From: Nemertoderma westbladi
Taxonomy: Eukaryota > Animalia > Xenacoelomorpha
NCBI GenBank assembly: GCA_032718475.1
Contig: JAUCBJ010007955.1
Location: 1-64,000, forward strand
DNA: 64,000 nt
Direction: 5' to 3'
The translations under genes were made by a program, and so were the position numbers. Shown here piece by piece: positions 23,801 to 34,019 of this stretch. Position 1 is the stretch's first letter; the number at the start of each line of letters is the position of its first letter. The notes under the pieces are model-generated. The model worked only from the letters and a program-made list of their open reading frames with translations, searched no databases and had not been told where the DNA came from.

Positions 23801-26800
23801 CCAGCGAGAAGAGCGGGGTGGATTCTTAAAACTGGAGGATGTGTACCTTTTGATATCCAGGGAAGCAGTTGTAGAGACTCGATCTAACTACACTGACCAG
23901 CACATCGTGGCAGAAGGAATCACATTGCCATCCTCCAACCGACAAAAACCCCAGACAACATCCACTAAGACGGCCACTTACACCACACCGACGGAATCAC
24001 GACAATTCTCGGACGGTAGTAGGGTATCTGCGCCCATTGGAACAAAACAGACGAGACAACAACTCAGTACCGACTTCAGCGGCTGCCAATACTGCGAGCA
24101 TTTAGGCAAGCGGTATATCGGTCACAAGTTACGAGGTTGTCGACAATTTCGCGAGTTGAACTCAGAAGAACGACGGCTGCAAATACGGCCATTGGACTCT
24201 TGTTGGCGGTGTACGCAACACGGACACGTCCGTAAAGATTGCCCAAATACCGACACTTGTCCATCCTGTGGACGCAACCACGACGGTCTGCTCCACACAG
24301 ACAGCCACACACCGACAAAACGCTTCGCCAGGGAACACCCGGAAGCAGCAGCGAGATGTGATGCAGCCTACAGAAAACGAGAATCGAAAACGACTCCGAC
24401 CTTCGTGACCCATATTGAGGATTGCTTCTCTGAACAACCCGGATCGTCGGACGAAGAGTCAGAAGACGACGACGTATATTCGGATGGAGATGAACAGCCA
24501 TCGATCGCGCTTCTGACTACTGACCAACTGAAGGGATTCAGTGTAATTCCGATTAAGATTACTGGCACAAAGTGGAGTAAGAGAATCTACGCTATTCTAG
24601 ATTCAGCCTCATCTCACAGTTACGTGGATGAAAAGATAGCTGACGTCGTGACGGATCTCAGACAAGGTAAGCGTGTCAGTTATACCGTAAGTAGTATGCA
24701 CGGACAGCGTGCAATACCAGTGACACGAGTCAAGTTAAACTTAGACTCTCTTCTTCCGAAATCGCAACACAGCGAGAGGGAGAGGTCTTTGTTACCCTTC
24801 AAGGATTTGACCTTTGCGGCCACAAAAGACTTTAGTAACCTACTAGGTCCGGTCCCAGAACAATCCTTGGAGGACCGTAAGTATTTCAGACACCTTGGTG
24901 TACCTGAATGTCCTGTCAATTATAGATCGGTAGCCATGCTGATCGGGACGGACCAATTCAACCTACATCAAGTGTGGGAAACCAGACCATCGGCAGTCGT
25001 AGCGGGAAACGCATACGCCTGTAGAATGCCGATAGGGTGGTATACTCGAGCGCCTGTGCGCACACTAGACGTAAGTGACGAGGAAGACGATGTACGAAGT
25101 ACATGTAGTTTATTAACTACAAATTCAATCCATTCCTTTTCACGCGACGTGGACCATACTACCTTACAGACAAAACATAACAGACATGTAACTAGTATGA
25201 TAAGTCACAAGGAGCAGCTAACCCACCAGGTGAGTTTAGAACTTGGGGAGAAGACGAGTCAGCTAGAGATTCCATCGACGACAGATGATAACGCCGGAAG
25301 GCTTGCGAGTCTACCTACCCCAACAACCTCAACAATGCCCGTCGAGATCGATGATGACGCGTTGAGAAATCACCAATTGGAACAAGCTGTATTGGACAAA
25401 GAATTAACGGAGAAGACTATCAGGTGGTTAGAACAAGATACAGCTGAACCTGGTAGCTACGAACCTTGTATGTCGGAACAAGAGAAACAATCTTTGAGGA
25501 TCATGGAAGATACTATCCGCCAGACGAAAGACGGACATTATGAGGTAGGGATGTTATGGCGTAGCCAAAGTCCTAAACTCATAAATAACTATCCACTGGC
25601 TCTAAGACGTCTACACTCAATACGGCAACGTCTATTAAAGGACGAGAAAGCCCATCTGCAGTACAACACTCAGATGGAGACGTATTTGACTAAGGGATAC
25701 GCTATCCGAATGACTAACCCGGAGATAGTGACTGACCAAACATATTACTTGCCACATCACTTTGTGAGACACCCCGACAAACCAGACAAAGTACATGTAG
25801 TCAATGACTGTGCGGCTCTGTTTGAGGGAATGTCCCTCAATAGCGAGTTGATGGATGGACCAAACATGAATAATTATCTTATGGGGGTGATTATGCGCTT
25901 CCGTCAGCGTCAAGTAGCTTTTACTTGTGACGTTGAAGCGATGTTTCACCAAGTGAGAGCGTTAGAGCGAGACAGAGACAGTTTGCGGTTCCTCTGGTAC
26001 CCAGAAGGAGACTTAAGTCTACCACCGGCGACTTACCAAATGCAAGTTCGCGTTTTCGGTGCCAGGGACAGCCCAAACTGCACGATGTACGCCCTAAAAC
26101 AAGCCGCTAGGGATCAGAAACACCTGTATGACCCAGAGATAATTAGGATTGTGGAACGTGACTTTTACGTCGACGACGGATTACAGAGTTGCGACACAGT
26201 AGAACGTGCTACAACAGTAGCACATCAATTACGGGACTGCTTAGCGGGCGGAGGTTTTAACCTCACCAAATTCGCCTCAAACAGTGCCGAATTAGTAGAC
26301 TCATTCGGAACGACTGAGCGTGGAGGTGGTGACATAGACCTAGAGTTCGAACCACTACCGACGACCAAGGTGTTGGGGCTCTTTTGGGACCCAAACACGG
26401 ACAACTTTCGAGTGAAAGTGAGACTGGACAGTCAAGAAAACACACTGACAAAGAGATCATGCTTGTCAAAATTGAGCCGATTGTTCGATCCATTAGGATT
26501 CATCAGTCCAATAATACTGCAAGCCCGCATTTATATGCGCAGTATTTGGAAGGATGGACTGACATGGGACGAGCCGATCTCATCAGACCAAGTGGACTTA
26601 TGGAAGACCTGGGAGGCGGAATTATCTTCGCTAGAGGATTATTCCATACCCAGAGTCTACTTTCCATTACAAACAACATTTCCTGACAACTTGGAATTAC
26701 ATTGTTTTTCTGACGCCAGTGACAACGGTTTTGGTGTGGCAGCGTACTTGCGCAGACAAGTAGACTCAGCAGAATTCGATGTTTCGCTCATTACTTCTAA

Positions 26801-29570
26801 GGCAAAAACAATGCCTACTAAGTATATGACGACACCACGAGCTGAGCTACAAGCCGCAACCCTGTCAACCACCATCGTGAACCTCATACAGACAGAACTA
26901 CAGTCAAGTTTACAGATATTTTATTGGACTGACGCGACGTTGGTTTTATTTTACATAAACAACGACACACTTGAATTCAAGACATTCGTAGCTAACCGTC
27001 GCGCAGAAATTCTAGACCGTTCAATAAAAGAGGATTGGCGACATTGTCCCGGACCACAAAACCCAGCTGATATTGCGTCGCGAGGAATGATGCCTGAGGA
27101 ATTCTGTAAACCGGAAAACAAAGAATTTTGGCAACACGGGCCCCAATTCTTGCAGAAATCGACACAAGATTGGCCTCCGTTATACGACAACAAGTCTAAC
27201 ACTATCCCTAAGGACGCCGAAATCAAGAAACCAAAAAAGGGGAAGGCAAAGAAAAGGACGACGGCGGCAAAACTCAAGAAAAAACCGAAGGCGAAATGGA
27301 AAGATATAACTTCAAAGGTCAAGAGAGGAAGACTTGCGAGCCTTTCTACACCAGACATATCGCCAGACGGTCAACCAGACACGTTACTAGACGGTCAACC
27401 AGACGTTTTGCCAGACATATCACAAAATGTTCTACCAGACACTAGTAACATATTGACAAACAGTAAAGCCGCAGTTTCCCTATTGGAGCAGCCTTCTATT
27501 GACAAACAACCAGATACGTTACCAGACGTATCGCCAGACACATTACTAGACAGTCGACTAGACATTTTGTCAGAAACATCACAAAATGTTCTACCGGACA
27601 TTAGTAATGTATCGACTAACAGTAAAGCCGCAGTTTCCCTATTGGAGCGGCCTTGTATTGACAAACTACCAATTTTGACACACTTGAGCAACCATAAGCA
27701 CGGTGAAACCTCATGTATTACAGATGTGGGTAGTACCTACGCTAATGTAAATACAGGTGTTACTCTGCGCTCAAGAGACATACCAAACTTGCAACCTATG
27801 GTGAGACCTGGGATTAATGTCGGCAGAAAATTAAGTTTACCGAAACCCAGTGACCCCATAGAGTTCAAACCACCATTAACGATCGACTTACAAAGTACTG
27901 ACAATCAAGGTAAGAAGACGAAGAAGGACAAATTACTTGTAGACCCGGACGGATCAACAGTCAACAAGGGAATACCTACCGGCGGACCCGTGGGCCCTTC
28001 TAGTAATTCAAAACCTTCCAAAATCTCCATTGACTTACCTGATGACGTCACAAATACTCACGTCGACCGGATTATAAACTTAACAGACTCTTGGTCAAAC
28101 GCTTGCCGAAAGTTAGCGTGGATTGTACGTTTTGTACAATACGTTAAAGGCAAACGCGACTTTACACGTCGACTTACATTGGCTGAGATTGACAGGTGTG
28201 AGATTAAATTAATTCGCCATTACCCACTGCGATATTTCGCGCGCGAATTCACATCCATAAATCAAGGTCAACCAATCAAGTCGTCACCAATACTGAGTTG
28301 GAGTCCGATTATTTATAATGGCTTAATTTGTCATAAATCTCGGCTTCAAAACATTGACTTTAACACAAACTTTAGGTACCCAATAATAATACCGCAACAT
28401 CACGAACTACAACGTGCAATGATACTGGACGCACATTTACATCTGAAACACGCTGGAAGACATCACTGTCTTTCCTACTTACGTACAAGATTTGTATTAA
28501 TTAGACCCAGTAAAGCGTTAAGTTCAGTGACACGTACGTGTATTATTTGTAAAAAGGTACATTCTAGAATAGGTACCCAAGAAATGAGTGAACTTCCACA
28601 AGCACGACTTCAAGCATTCAGACCACCTTTTACAGAGACTGGAATTGATTGCTTTGGTCCCATACATACGAAACGTGGACGTATACTAGTAAAACGCTGG
28701 GGACTGATTTTCATATGTATGTCCAGTAGGGCAGTTCATATTGAACGTGTGATGGATCTTTCCACCAACGCGTTTATACTAGCACTGCGGCGATTTATCG
28801 CTAGACGCGGACTAGTGAAATGCTTGTACTCAGACCAAGGGACAAACTTTGTTGGTGCTCGGAATGAGATTGCTAGAGCCTTTAAGAAATTAGATCATGA
28901 TCAAATCTCGAACGAACTACAACCTCACAAGATTGTTTGGAAGTTTAATCCTCCGGATAGTCCTTGGAGGGGCGGAGTCTGGGAGAGATTGATTAGATCT
29001 ATCAAAACGGCAATGGCAAAGGTCATTCCAGTAAACCACATACTGACAGACGACCAACTGACAACACTGTTTGTTGAAATCGAGGCAATACTAAATACTA
29101 GACCAATAGTATTAGTACCCGATGACAAACAATCTCAGTTTGCTTTGACACCGGCGCACCTGCTTATGCAGGCACCGACCACATTGACACCTATTTCTAT
29201 TCCAATAGAAAGCGACAGCTACGGTAGAAAAGCGTGGAAAATCACGCAACTACTGGCTAACAAATTCTGGGAAATATGGCAAAACCATTATTTGCCCTCT
29301 ATTTCTGCCAGAACAACATGGTACAATAACACCCGCGCATTAAAGCCGGGAGATCACGTGCTGTTAGCGGAAGTGAATCTAAAAAGACGCTTCTGGATAA
29401 CAGGTGTAATTTTAGCCACACATCCATCTATGGATGGAGTGACAAGAACTGTGACGGTACGGACAATTGACGGTCGTACAGTAGACAGACCGACTCAACG
29501 TCTCGTACTTCTTGAAGAGACTCGTAATGAGTCTGGAGACTACAAATCTCCACCTAATACTAGTAAATAA
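20811..29570 (+). CDS. BEL/Pao gag-pol polyprotein, 2919 aa
   Basis: Coiled-coil N-terminus; PPKFSG..W..F gag motif (~23370); three Cys/His knuckles (~24083-24296); protease ILDSAS (~24595); RT YLPHH...FYVDD (~26166); Pao RNase H FSDAS...PRAELQAA...WTDA (~26709); integrase H..H/CxxC and IDCFGP...SDQGTNF...GGVWERLI. Confidence 0.95.
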   Translation: MSDKPDYTKNTPTDYDSCDGDKSAAEEQQGKTREPTEPTPCASPVHPTGVPDAVVRGDGRTEDFLTVPQPRYRETDMVSSAGSQESVVRSVGGYMAHITRSIGEGQRILDGLTAPMSRFEFYTLQVRVQSKVYKSVDNLVGLQDLARQRQDMDTQLRILEKLMIAREKLIQFKSTIRQIQQEQADQLLGESVSDELLQPEEEQELYRLDGQLKHLTDHLRMCGEDVGDWETVPEYTRETSPVRIESAPGILNQSLVSIRSEINEVSMVTSEVARQQQQFYRQQHEMEEQTQLLMIQTAVEEEKIRVANVARISHLQEQAELEAAEMERLELDIAQQAAAAELAQRTATAELERQTAAAAAAAELERQTETAELERKRLVSEARVEMKTRQIKAQQAIRQAEFEAQQQQTEQREKEVKLRFELEKRARELAETKENLDLLARDRSMRSRDGHDLDQIEVRHRQIQERLKEGSIGAPGRERQLVKDLCQRFPQVTPMFAPVTTKESVSIAGSSDISPIHGATEHRFVIPDKFTPPRATSSPIPKVKVSNPPITDRSSLLTGPALLTTKQVSPPLTPKPVIHYAYPMTFRPTRPLDSNAVIRPRLQFTSQSTTSRKTCEPTEQRRTVDTRPFNQCTSQSTTSRKTCEPTEQRRLVDTRLFNQCTSQSTTSRKTCEPTEQRRSVDDVPKRNVRIRTTQRTRARRPPYPDDSSTSSESDYPKREVFRTGAADEYKRERSDNSFADNPPQNTPTQKALQPTDAISTQQFADILRPVVNKLAQIEERLEEVQTDSSRNTEFEHNRHPKEPQRPVPSKNTSYQGKAPRRDINQCTNQGRETLNVAEEIAKFAARQGLPVQQPPKFSGSSKHWHTFVDYIESQIAVCAFTSREKFNYLLQTLSGEPKRLAETFVGVPDAFELAYDRLTSIYGGTVSMARSVIEELCKGGAITKPVDLLKLADEIKNAITTLRSIGQLDYGNTPTVLLKIIGRLHHRLRREWRKIEYQREERGGFLKLEDVYLLISREAVVETRSNYTDQHIVAEGITLPSSNRQKPQTTSTKTATYTTPTESRQFSDGSRVSAPIGTKQTRQQLSTDFSGCQYCEHLGKRYIGHKLRGCRQFRELNSEERRLQIRPLDSCWRCTQHGHVRKDCPNTDTCPSCGRNHDGLLHTDSHTPTKRFAREHPEAAARCDAAYRKRESKTTPTFVTHIEDCFSEQPGSSDEESEDDDVYSDGDEQPSIALLTTDQLKGFSVIPIKITGTKWSKRIYAILDSASSHSYVDEKIADVVTDLRQGKRVSYTVSSMHGQRAIPVTRVKLNLDSLLPKSQHSERERSLLPFKDLTFAATKDFSNLLGPVPEQSLEDRKYFRHLGVPECPVNYRSVAMLIGTDQFNLHQVWETRPSAVVAGNAYACRMPIGWYTRAPVRTLDVSDEEDDVRSTCSLLTTNSIHSFSRDVDHTTLQTKHNRHVTSMISHKEQLTHQVSLELGEKTSQLEIPSTTDDNAGRLASLPTPTTSTMPVEIDDDALRNHQLEQAVLDKELTEKTIRWLEQDTAEPGSYEPCMSEQEKQSLRIMEDTIRQTKDGHYEVGMLWRSQSPKLINNYPLALRRLHSIRQRLLKDEKAHLQYNTQMETYLTKGYAIRMTNPEIVTDQTYYLPHHFVRHPDKPDKVHVVNDCAALFEGMSLNSELMDGPNMNNYLMGVIMRFRQRQVAFTCDVEAMFHQVRALERDRDSLRFLWYPEGDLSLPPATYQMQVRVFGARDSPNCTMYALKQAARDQKHLYDPEIIRIVERDFYVDDGLQSCDTVERATTVAHQLRDCLAGGGFNLTKFASNSAELVDSFGTTERGGGDIDLEFEPLPTTKVLGLFWDPNTDNFRVKVRLDSQENTLTKRSCLSKLSRLFDPLGFISPIILQARIYMRSIWKDGLTWDEPISSDQVDLWKTWEAELSSLEDYSIPRVYFPLQTTFPDNLELHCFSDASDNGFGVAAYLRRQVDSAEFDVSLITSKAKTMPTKYMTTPRAELQAATLSTTIVNLIQTELQSSLQIFYWTDATLVLFYINNDTLEFKTFVANRRAEILDRSIKEDWRHCPGPQNPADIASRGMMPEEFCKPENKEFWQHGPQFLQKSTQDWPPLYDNKSNTIPKDAEIKKPKKGKAKKRTTAAKLKKKPKAKWKDITSKVKRGRLASLSTPDISPDGQPDTLLDGQPDVLPDISQNVLPDTSNILTNSKAAVSLLEQPSIDKQPDTLPDVSPDTLLDSRLDILSETSQNVLPDISNVSTNSKAAVSLLERPCIDKLPILTHLSNHKHGETSCITDVGSTYANVNTGVTLRSRDIPNLQPMVRPGINVGRKLSLPKPSDPIEFKPPLTIDLQSTDNQGKKTKKDKLLVDPDGSTVNKGIPTGGPVGPSSNSKPSKISIDLPDDVTNTHVDRIINLTDSWSNACRKLAWIVRFVQYVKGKRDFTRRLTLAEIDRCEIKLIRHYPLRYFAREFTSINQGQPIKSSPILSWSPIIYNGLICHKSRLQNIDFNTNFRYPIIIPQHHELQRAMILDAHLHLKHAGRHHCLSYLRTRFVLIRPSKALSSVTRTCIICKKVHSRIGTQEMSELPQARLQAFRPPFTETGIDCFGPIHTKRGRILVKRWGLIFICMSSRAVHIERVMDLSTNAFILALRRFIARRGLVKCLYSDQGTNFVGARNEIARAFKKLDHDQISNELQPHKIVWKFNPPDSPWRGGVWERLIRSIKTAMAKVIPVNHILTDDQLTTLFVEIEAILNTRPIVLVPDDKQSQFALTPAHLLMQAPTTLTPISIPIESDSYGRKAWKITQLLANKFWEIWQNHYLPSISARTTWYNNTRALKPGDHVLLAEVNLKRRFWITGVILATHPSMDGVTRTVTVRTIDGRTVDRPTQRLVLLEETRNESGDYKSPPNTSK
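22620..22855 (+). repeat. 84-bp in-frame tandem repeat (x3) inside gag
   Basis: TSQSTTSRKTCEPTEQRR repeated three times. Confidence 0.9.
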
Positions 29571-30234
29571 TTAGGAGTTTACAAATAGATTTCCACGTAC
29601 CTGTACACTGTAGTAAGGACAGCGGTAGAATTCCATTGTCTTTATATGTGAACATTGAGGGTAGTACCCTTATGTGTCACATAGGAGCAGGATTTGTAGG
29701 TATAAGAAATGGAATTCTACTTGGAACTCACAATATTGAGACATTTTCGAAAATTTAGACAATCCATTTGGATTTGAAAATTTTTTAAAAAATTTTCTCC
29801 AGTGAATAGATTTCAGGGTACAGTCGGGTGGAACTTAAAATTAGAGAAACAAGAGAGGAAGACTTGCGAGCCTTTCTTAAAATTTTAATTAAATTTTACA
29901 CAGTCTTGTTTCAATAAGTTACGTCAATAAATAGACTCCCCTATATTTATTTACTAATTCTTGACTGCTTATTTTCTGATAATAGTTTGGGATCAAAAAG
30001 TGAGTATTTTAGACTCACGGCCAGTTTAGCCCAAATTCGTTTTTATTTCGGCAAAAAATTTTAGATAAGAAGCAGCGTGTCATTAAAGAAACCCTAGATC
30101 TTAGGCTATGGGTAGGAGGTTAGAGCGTTGTCGAGCCCAAAGGGCAGACGAAACTCTCACGTCTCCTCACAACTAACTACAAACTCTGTTGTATTCCCTC
30201 TAGTAGTAATGATTATGTAACTACACCCCTAATT

Positions 30235-33200
30235 ATGGAGAAAGGGATACAAGGAGAGCCGAGATGGGGATATGATATCCAAGAGGAGGCAGCAGCGCCA
30301 TTCGAAAGATTTGGAGCCAAGGACTATACTATATTCGGTATAAAAGAATTATCGGAAAGTACAGCGAAACTCGCGAGAACTAAATATGACTCGAACGTAT
30401 TAAAGAGAAGACAAAATGCATTAAACGAAAGAATCGAAAGTTTGCGCAAAACCTTCAACGAACTTTACCCGTACGACGCTTTGTGTGATACGGGAGACAT
30501 TAGCGAAGACCCCGATACTGAAATTAGTCGTTTGTATCATACCATGCAATACCTAAAGGCGCACGAACCTATGCCCGCGGTAAGAGATGAATTTGATGGA
30601 ATGCATCTTTACAGACGAACTCGAGGGGACGATAGAGAAACCAAGGAAGCATTTTCAGTTTATAAACTTTATTATCAATGCGGTTCTTGTATGCGCGAAC
30701 AACGAAATGCGATTCCGATGCGTTTGAATAAGGAAAATCCCGAACCGATATTGGCGAGGTGTTCGAATCATCAACAACTACGCTACCAGGAAGGAGGGTA
30801 TCCTTTATCGAATCCATATCATTCATTTGCTATGACCGGACCAAAGGCGGGAGAAACTGTCATTTACCCATCTAAGGTTGTTGAACCCGATGTATTCGAA
30901 CTTACGCTGGACGAGGCAAATCAGTCAACCCGCGAAAAGAAAGAAGCTCTTAGCCTATACAGAGCCTACAAGGCTTTCGAGAAAGGTGAGATGGAAGAAT
31001 GGGGTGGAAGACTCGCGAGCCTACCTTGCCATTGGACGTCACACGATCAAACTTCAGCTAAGGAGATGACACCGGAAGTTTTCGAGAGCATAAACTTTGC
31101 TCAAAACGTTATTCAGAGACTACAGATTGCATCCCCGGAGAGGACAAGAGAAATGCAACCGTATAGTACTTCAACTACGAAACCATTGAGTACGACACTC
31201 AACTTTCCTATTAGTATACCAGTCCGACAGGATACAACGTACGAAATACCCATCGTGGATCATCCAGAAATCATTTCAAACTTGGAGTTTCTTCCTGCAG
31301 TTGTTTTTAGCGATATGAGTAAGATATATGATTTACGTAGACATATTACTCAAAAGGTCGTGTACAACGTTCCACCTCATATTCAAGACTTTAAGGAACT
31401 GGATAGAGCTGGTGCCGATATAGCTCCGAGTAATCTGAAAGGATATCTAACCAAGACGATTCGTTTATGGATTGGAACCGGAACCTTCGAGTCGGATACA
31501 GATATTGCCGCGGATTGGCGAGGTAAGGTTATTCGTTTCGAAGATGATAAGGATATAGAGAAGATTTGGCAACCTTCGGAAGAATTGTTGGATGAATGGA
31601 ATAGAACGTTTAGATCGTTTCAGGAAAACGGTTACATGTTTTACGACAACGAGGGCGGCAGTCATCAGCAGAGTTTGACTTCTAAGACTATACAGATTAG
31701 AGCGGCGGACGGAGTCCTGCACGTTTTCAGTAGACAGAGGAGCGACAAACGAATGCCGATACCTCCAGCGAATACAAGGCGACACCATCTTATCACCGAC
31801 ATAGTAAAGAAGATGGACCAAGCTTGTAATATCGACGCTAGAATGCTACCGAAGATGGTAAGAAACATGATTTTAGATAAAACTGTTGTAAAGATTGGAT
31901 CAGGAGTAAGGGAGGACTTAATTAGCGACTTCGCCGGCATGACGGACAGCGATGACCGACTACCGACACCTTACGTCGACACTCGACCTCTTATTTTGTG
32001 GTCTATAGAACAGGGATATTTTCGTGAGTACAATACTCAGAAGACTGGAACTGGATACATTTCCTACCTGTTATTCAATTGGGATTATAAGGAAAATAAG
32101 AGAAACAAGTATATTGAAACTTATGGAGAAGGTGATACTCCAGATATGAGTGAGTTTGAATCACAGCTTAAATGGAGAGGATGCGTGTATTGGGCTATTA
32201 CGTCACCTCCAAGAGCGGTCTTACAATATTATTTAGCAATAGAGTCGTCAGTAAATGTTTGCCTAATCGCCGACATTGTGTCTCGGACTCTCAAAAGACA
32301 TCCACTTTGTCTCGGAGAAGATCATACGTTCTACATGGAAGGGAGAATTCGTACCGACGTGTTTAGACGATTCCTTGAACCCTTCTACAACTCCGACGCT
32401 CAGTGTAATGCCTTTACTCGAGCAGGATTTAGTATATTTCGAGACGTGTATCTTCGCTGTGCGGGATCTCTTATCGAAAGACCATCTATGTTTACATTGT
32501 TACCCTATGAAGGAGAACGTATCGTGGAGATTACGGAAGAATCACGGCAGACGCGCGCGCCTATCGGTCACCTCGGTGATGATTTCGAAGTAACTACTAC
32601 GATCGCTGACGATCCTTTAGAGGAACTTCTTGAGATAGAAAGGAACCTCCCGAAGAAATCTCAGACGGAGATTCGACAACTTGAAGCAACAGATGCTATA
32701 GTTTGTATACAACCTTCAGAAACCTACCAACCCATAGACCCAGATGATTACGATTATAGTATGGGAGGAAGCGCTCGACCGATTGGAGATCTTATATACG
32801 AACGAGTGTGGTACCCTGCCAATACGATGTGTAGTAAATGTGGCGTCGCTGGACATCATATGACGAAGTGCAGTGGAAAGCACATTACTACGACTCAGCT
32901 AATCTGTGGATGGTGTGGGGATCAAGGGTCTCATACCTTTTATACTTGCTGGAGATTTATGGCTCAATGTACTTATTGCAATATAAAAGGACATCGAGCA
33001 TCTGAATGCCAACTAAGAGACATACCTTATGAACACGAATCTGTAAAACTCGTGAGGAAGTTATTTGATGAGTGGGAAGATTTAGCCGACGAACATGTAT
33101 CGGCACAAAGAAGACGGTTTCCGATGAGAGCGCATCTCGGATTTTGGGCGGTAAATCCTCAAACGATGATGTCGGAAGGATATATCTCCGCTATGCCCCA

Positions 33201-33960
33201 ATATGACGAACTTATCGAGGTTGTCGATATTTTGCCCCACGACAGTGGATTCCGAGTGGTGCGCGAGTATCTACTACAGATTCACCCGGATAACAAAAAC
33301 ACGTGGAATTTTCAGAAAGTCGTTAACCGCATTACGTATGGTGAATTCGATCGTTTCCGAACTGAAAAACGGAATAAAGGAGCTTGGTTAACCGTCGCAT
33401 GGGCGTACCGAGCCGCGTTTTACCACAAACGTATACGAGCGAGCGTATTCGAGGAAGAGGAGGTCCTAGAGGCGACGAATATACCAGCCACTCCGGTTGC
33501 GCCGTCTGCACGTCACCCTCGGGAGGACGGGCAGGGTAGGATCATACGGGTCCAGAAAGTGGGCCAACAATTAAAGAAAATTATTAATATAGAAGAACGC
33601 AAGGGAGTTGAGCCGACCATTCGAGTTACTCGGGATACGTCATCGCTTCCAAGAGAACCAGTAGGAGGATCGGGACATACACCAGCTGATCAACAGGGGG
33701 CGCAAGCTACTCTTGGGTCTGCGTCGTCCGCCTTTCGCGCGTTCCCAGACGTTCTACCAACTGTAGTGACAACTGATCGGTCACGAGGAATCGGTCGAGG
33801 TTTTGGGATGCCAAATAGACGAATTTGCGAGGAAATAGTCGCACTGTCTCTCAACGTCCCAAGTAAACCAGTGACTCGCCCCATTAGTCCCATATCGCGA
33901 GCAAAGTCACCTGTGCGCAGTTTTCGAGGACGCGGCAGGGCTCGATCCACTAAGCGATAA
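30235..33960 (+). CDS. Extra retrotransposon ORF, 1241 aa: DEDDy (WRN/EXD/RNase D-like) 3'-5' exonuclease-like domain plus zinc knuckles
   Basis: ExoI FYDNEG..TIQI; LPKMVRNMILDKTVVKIGSGVREDL (ExoII); YVDT; ExoIII-like W...VLQYYLAIE; knuckles CSKCGVAGHHMTKC, CGWCGDQGSHTFYTC, CTYCNIKGHRASEC. The uninterrupted ORF lies between pol and the 3' LTR. Confidence 0.8.
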   Translation: MEKGIQGEPRWGYDIQEEAAAPFERFGAKDYTIFGIKELSESTAKLARTKYDSNVLKRRQNALNERIESLRKTFNELYPYDALCDTGDISEDPDTEISRLYHTMQYLKAHEPMPAVRDEFDGMHLYRRTRGDDRETKEAFSVYKLYYQCGSCMREQRNAIPMRLNKENPEPILARCSNHQQLRYQEGGYPLSNPYHSFAMTGPKAGETVIYPSKVVEPDVFELTLDEANQSTREKKEALSLYRAYKAFEKGEMEEWGGRLASLPCHWTSHDQTSAKEMTPEVFESINFAQNVIQRLQIASPERTREMQPYSTSTTKPLSTTLNFPISIPVRQDTTYEIPIVDHPEIISNLEFLPAVVFSDMSKIYDLRRHITQKVVYNVPPHIQDFKELDRAGADIAPSNLKGYLTKTIRLWIGTGTFESDTDIAADWRGKVIRFEDDKDIEKIWQPSEELLDEWNRTFRSFQENGYMFYDNEGGSHQQSLTSKTIQIRAADGVLHVFSRQRSDKRMPIPPANTRRHHLITDIVKKMDQACNIDARMLPKMVRNMILDKTVVKIGSGVREDLISDFAGMTDSDDRLPTPYVDTRPLILWSIEQGYFREYNTQKTGTGYISYLLFNWDYKENKRNKYIETYGEGDTPDMSEFESQLKWRGCVYWAITSPPRAVLQYYLAIESSVNVCLIADIVSRTLKRHPLCLGEDHTFYMEGRIRTDVFRRFLEPFYNSDAQCNAFTRAGFSIFRDVYLRCAGSLIERPSMFTLLPYEGERIVEITEESRQTRAPIGHLGDDFEVTTTIADDPLEELLEIERNLPKKSQTEIRQLEATDAIVCIQPSETYQPIDPDDYDYSMGGSARPIGDLIYERVWYPANTMCSKCGVAGHHMTKCSGKHITTTQLICGWCGDQGSHTFYTCWRFMAQCTYCNIKGHRASECQLRDIPYEHESVKLVRKLFDEWEDLADEHVSAQRRRFPMRAHLGFWAVNPQTMMSEGYISAMPQYDELIEVVDILPHDSGFRVVREYLLQIHPDNKNTWNFQKVVNRITYGEFDRFRTEKRNKGAWLTVAWAYRAAFYHKRIRASVFEEEEVLEATNIPATPVAPSARHPREDGQGRIIRVQKVGQQLKKIINIEERKGVEPTIRVTRDTSSLPREPVGGSGHTPADQQGAQATLGSASSAFRAFPDVLPTVVTTDRSRGIGRGFGMPNRRICEEIVALSLNVPSKPVTRPISPISRAKSPVRSFRGRGRARSTKR

Positions 33961-34019
33961 AAGGGAGGGCAAGGGTGGACGGAAGACTCGTGAGCCTTTC
34001 TTATGATTTTGTGATTTAT

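Noticed and set aside
30113-30170. Hammerhead ribozyme (stem plus GAAAC)
   Set aside because: The CUGANGA core is missing.
20852-33950. Many short antisense or alternative-frame ORFs within gag-pol and ORF2
   Set aside because: Expected shadows of long GC-richer coding sequence; no recognisable motifs.
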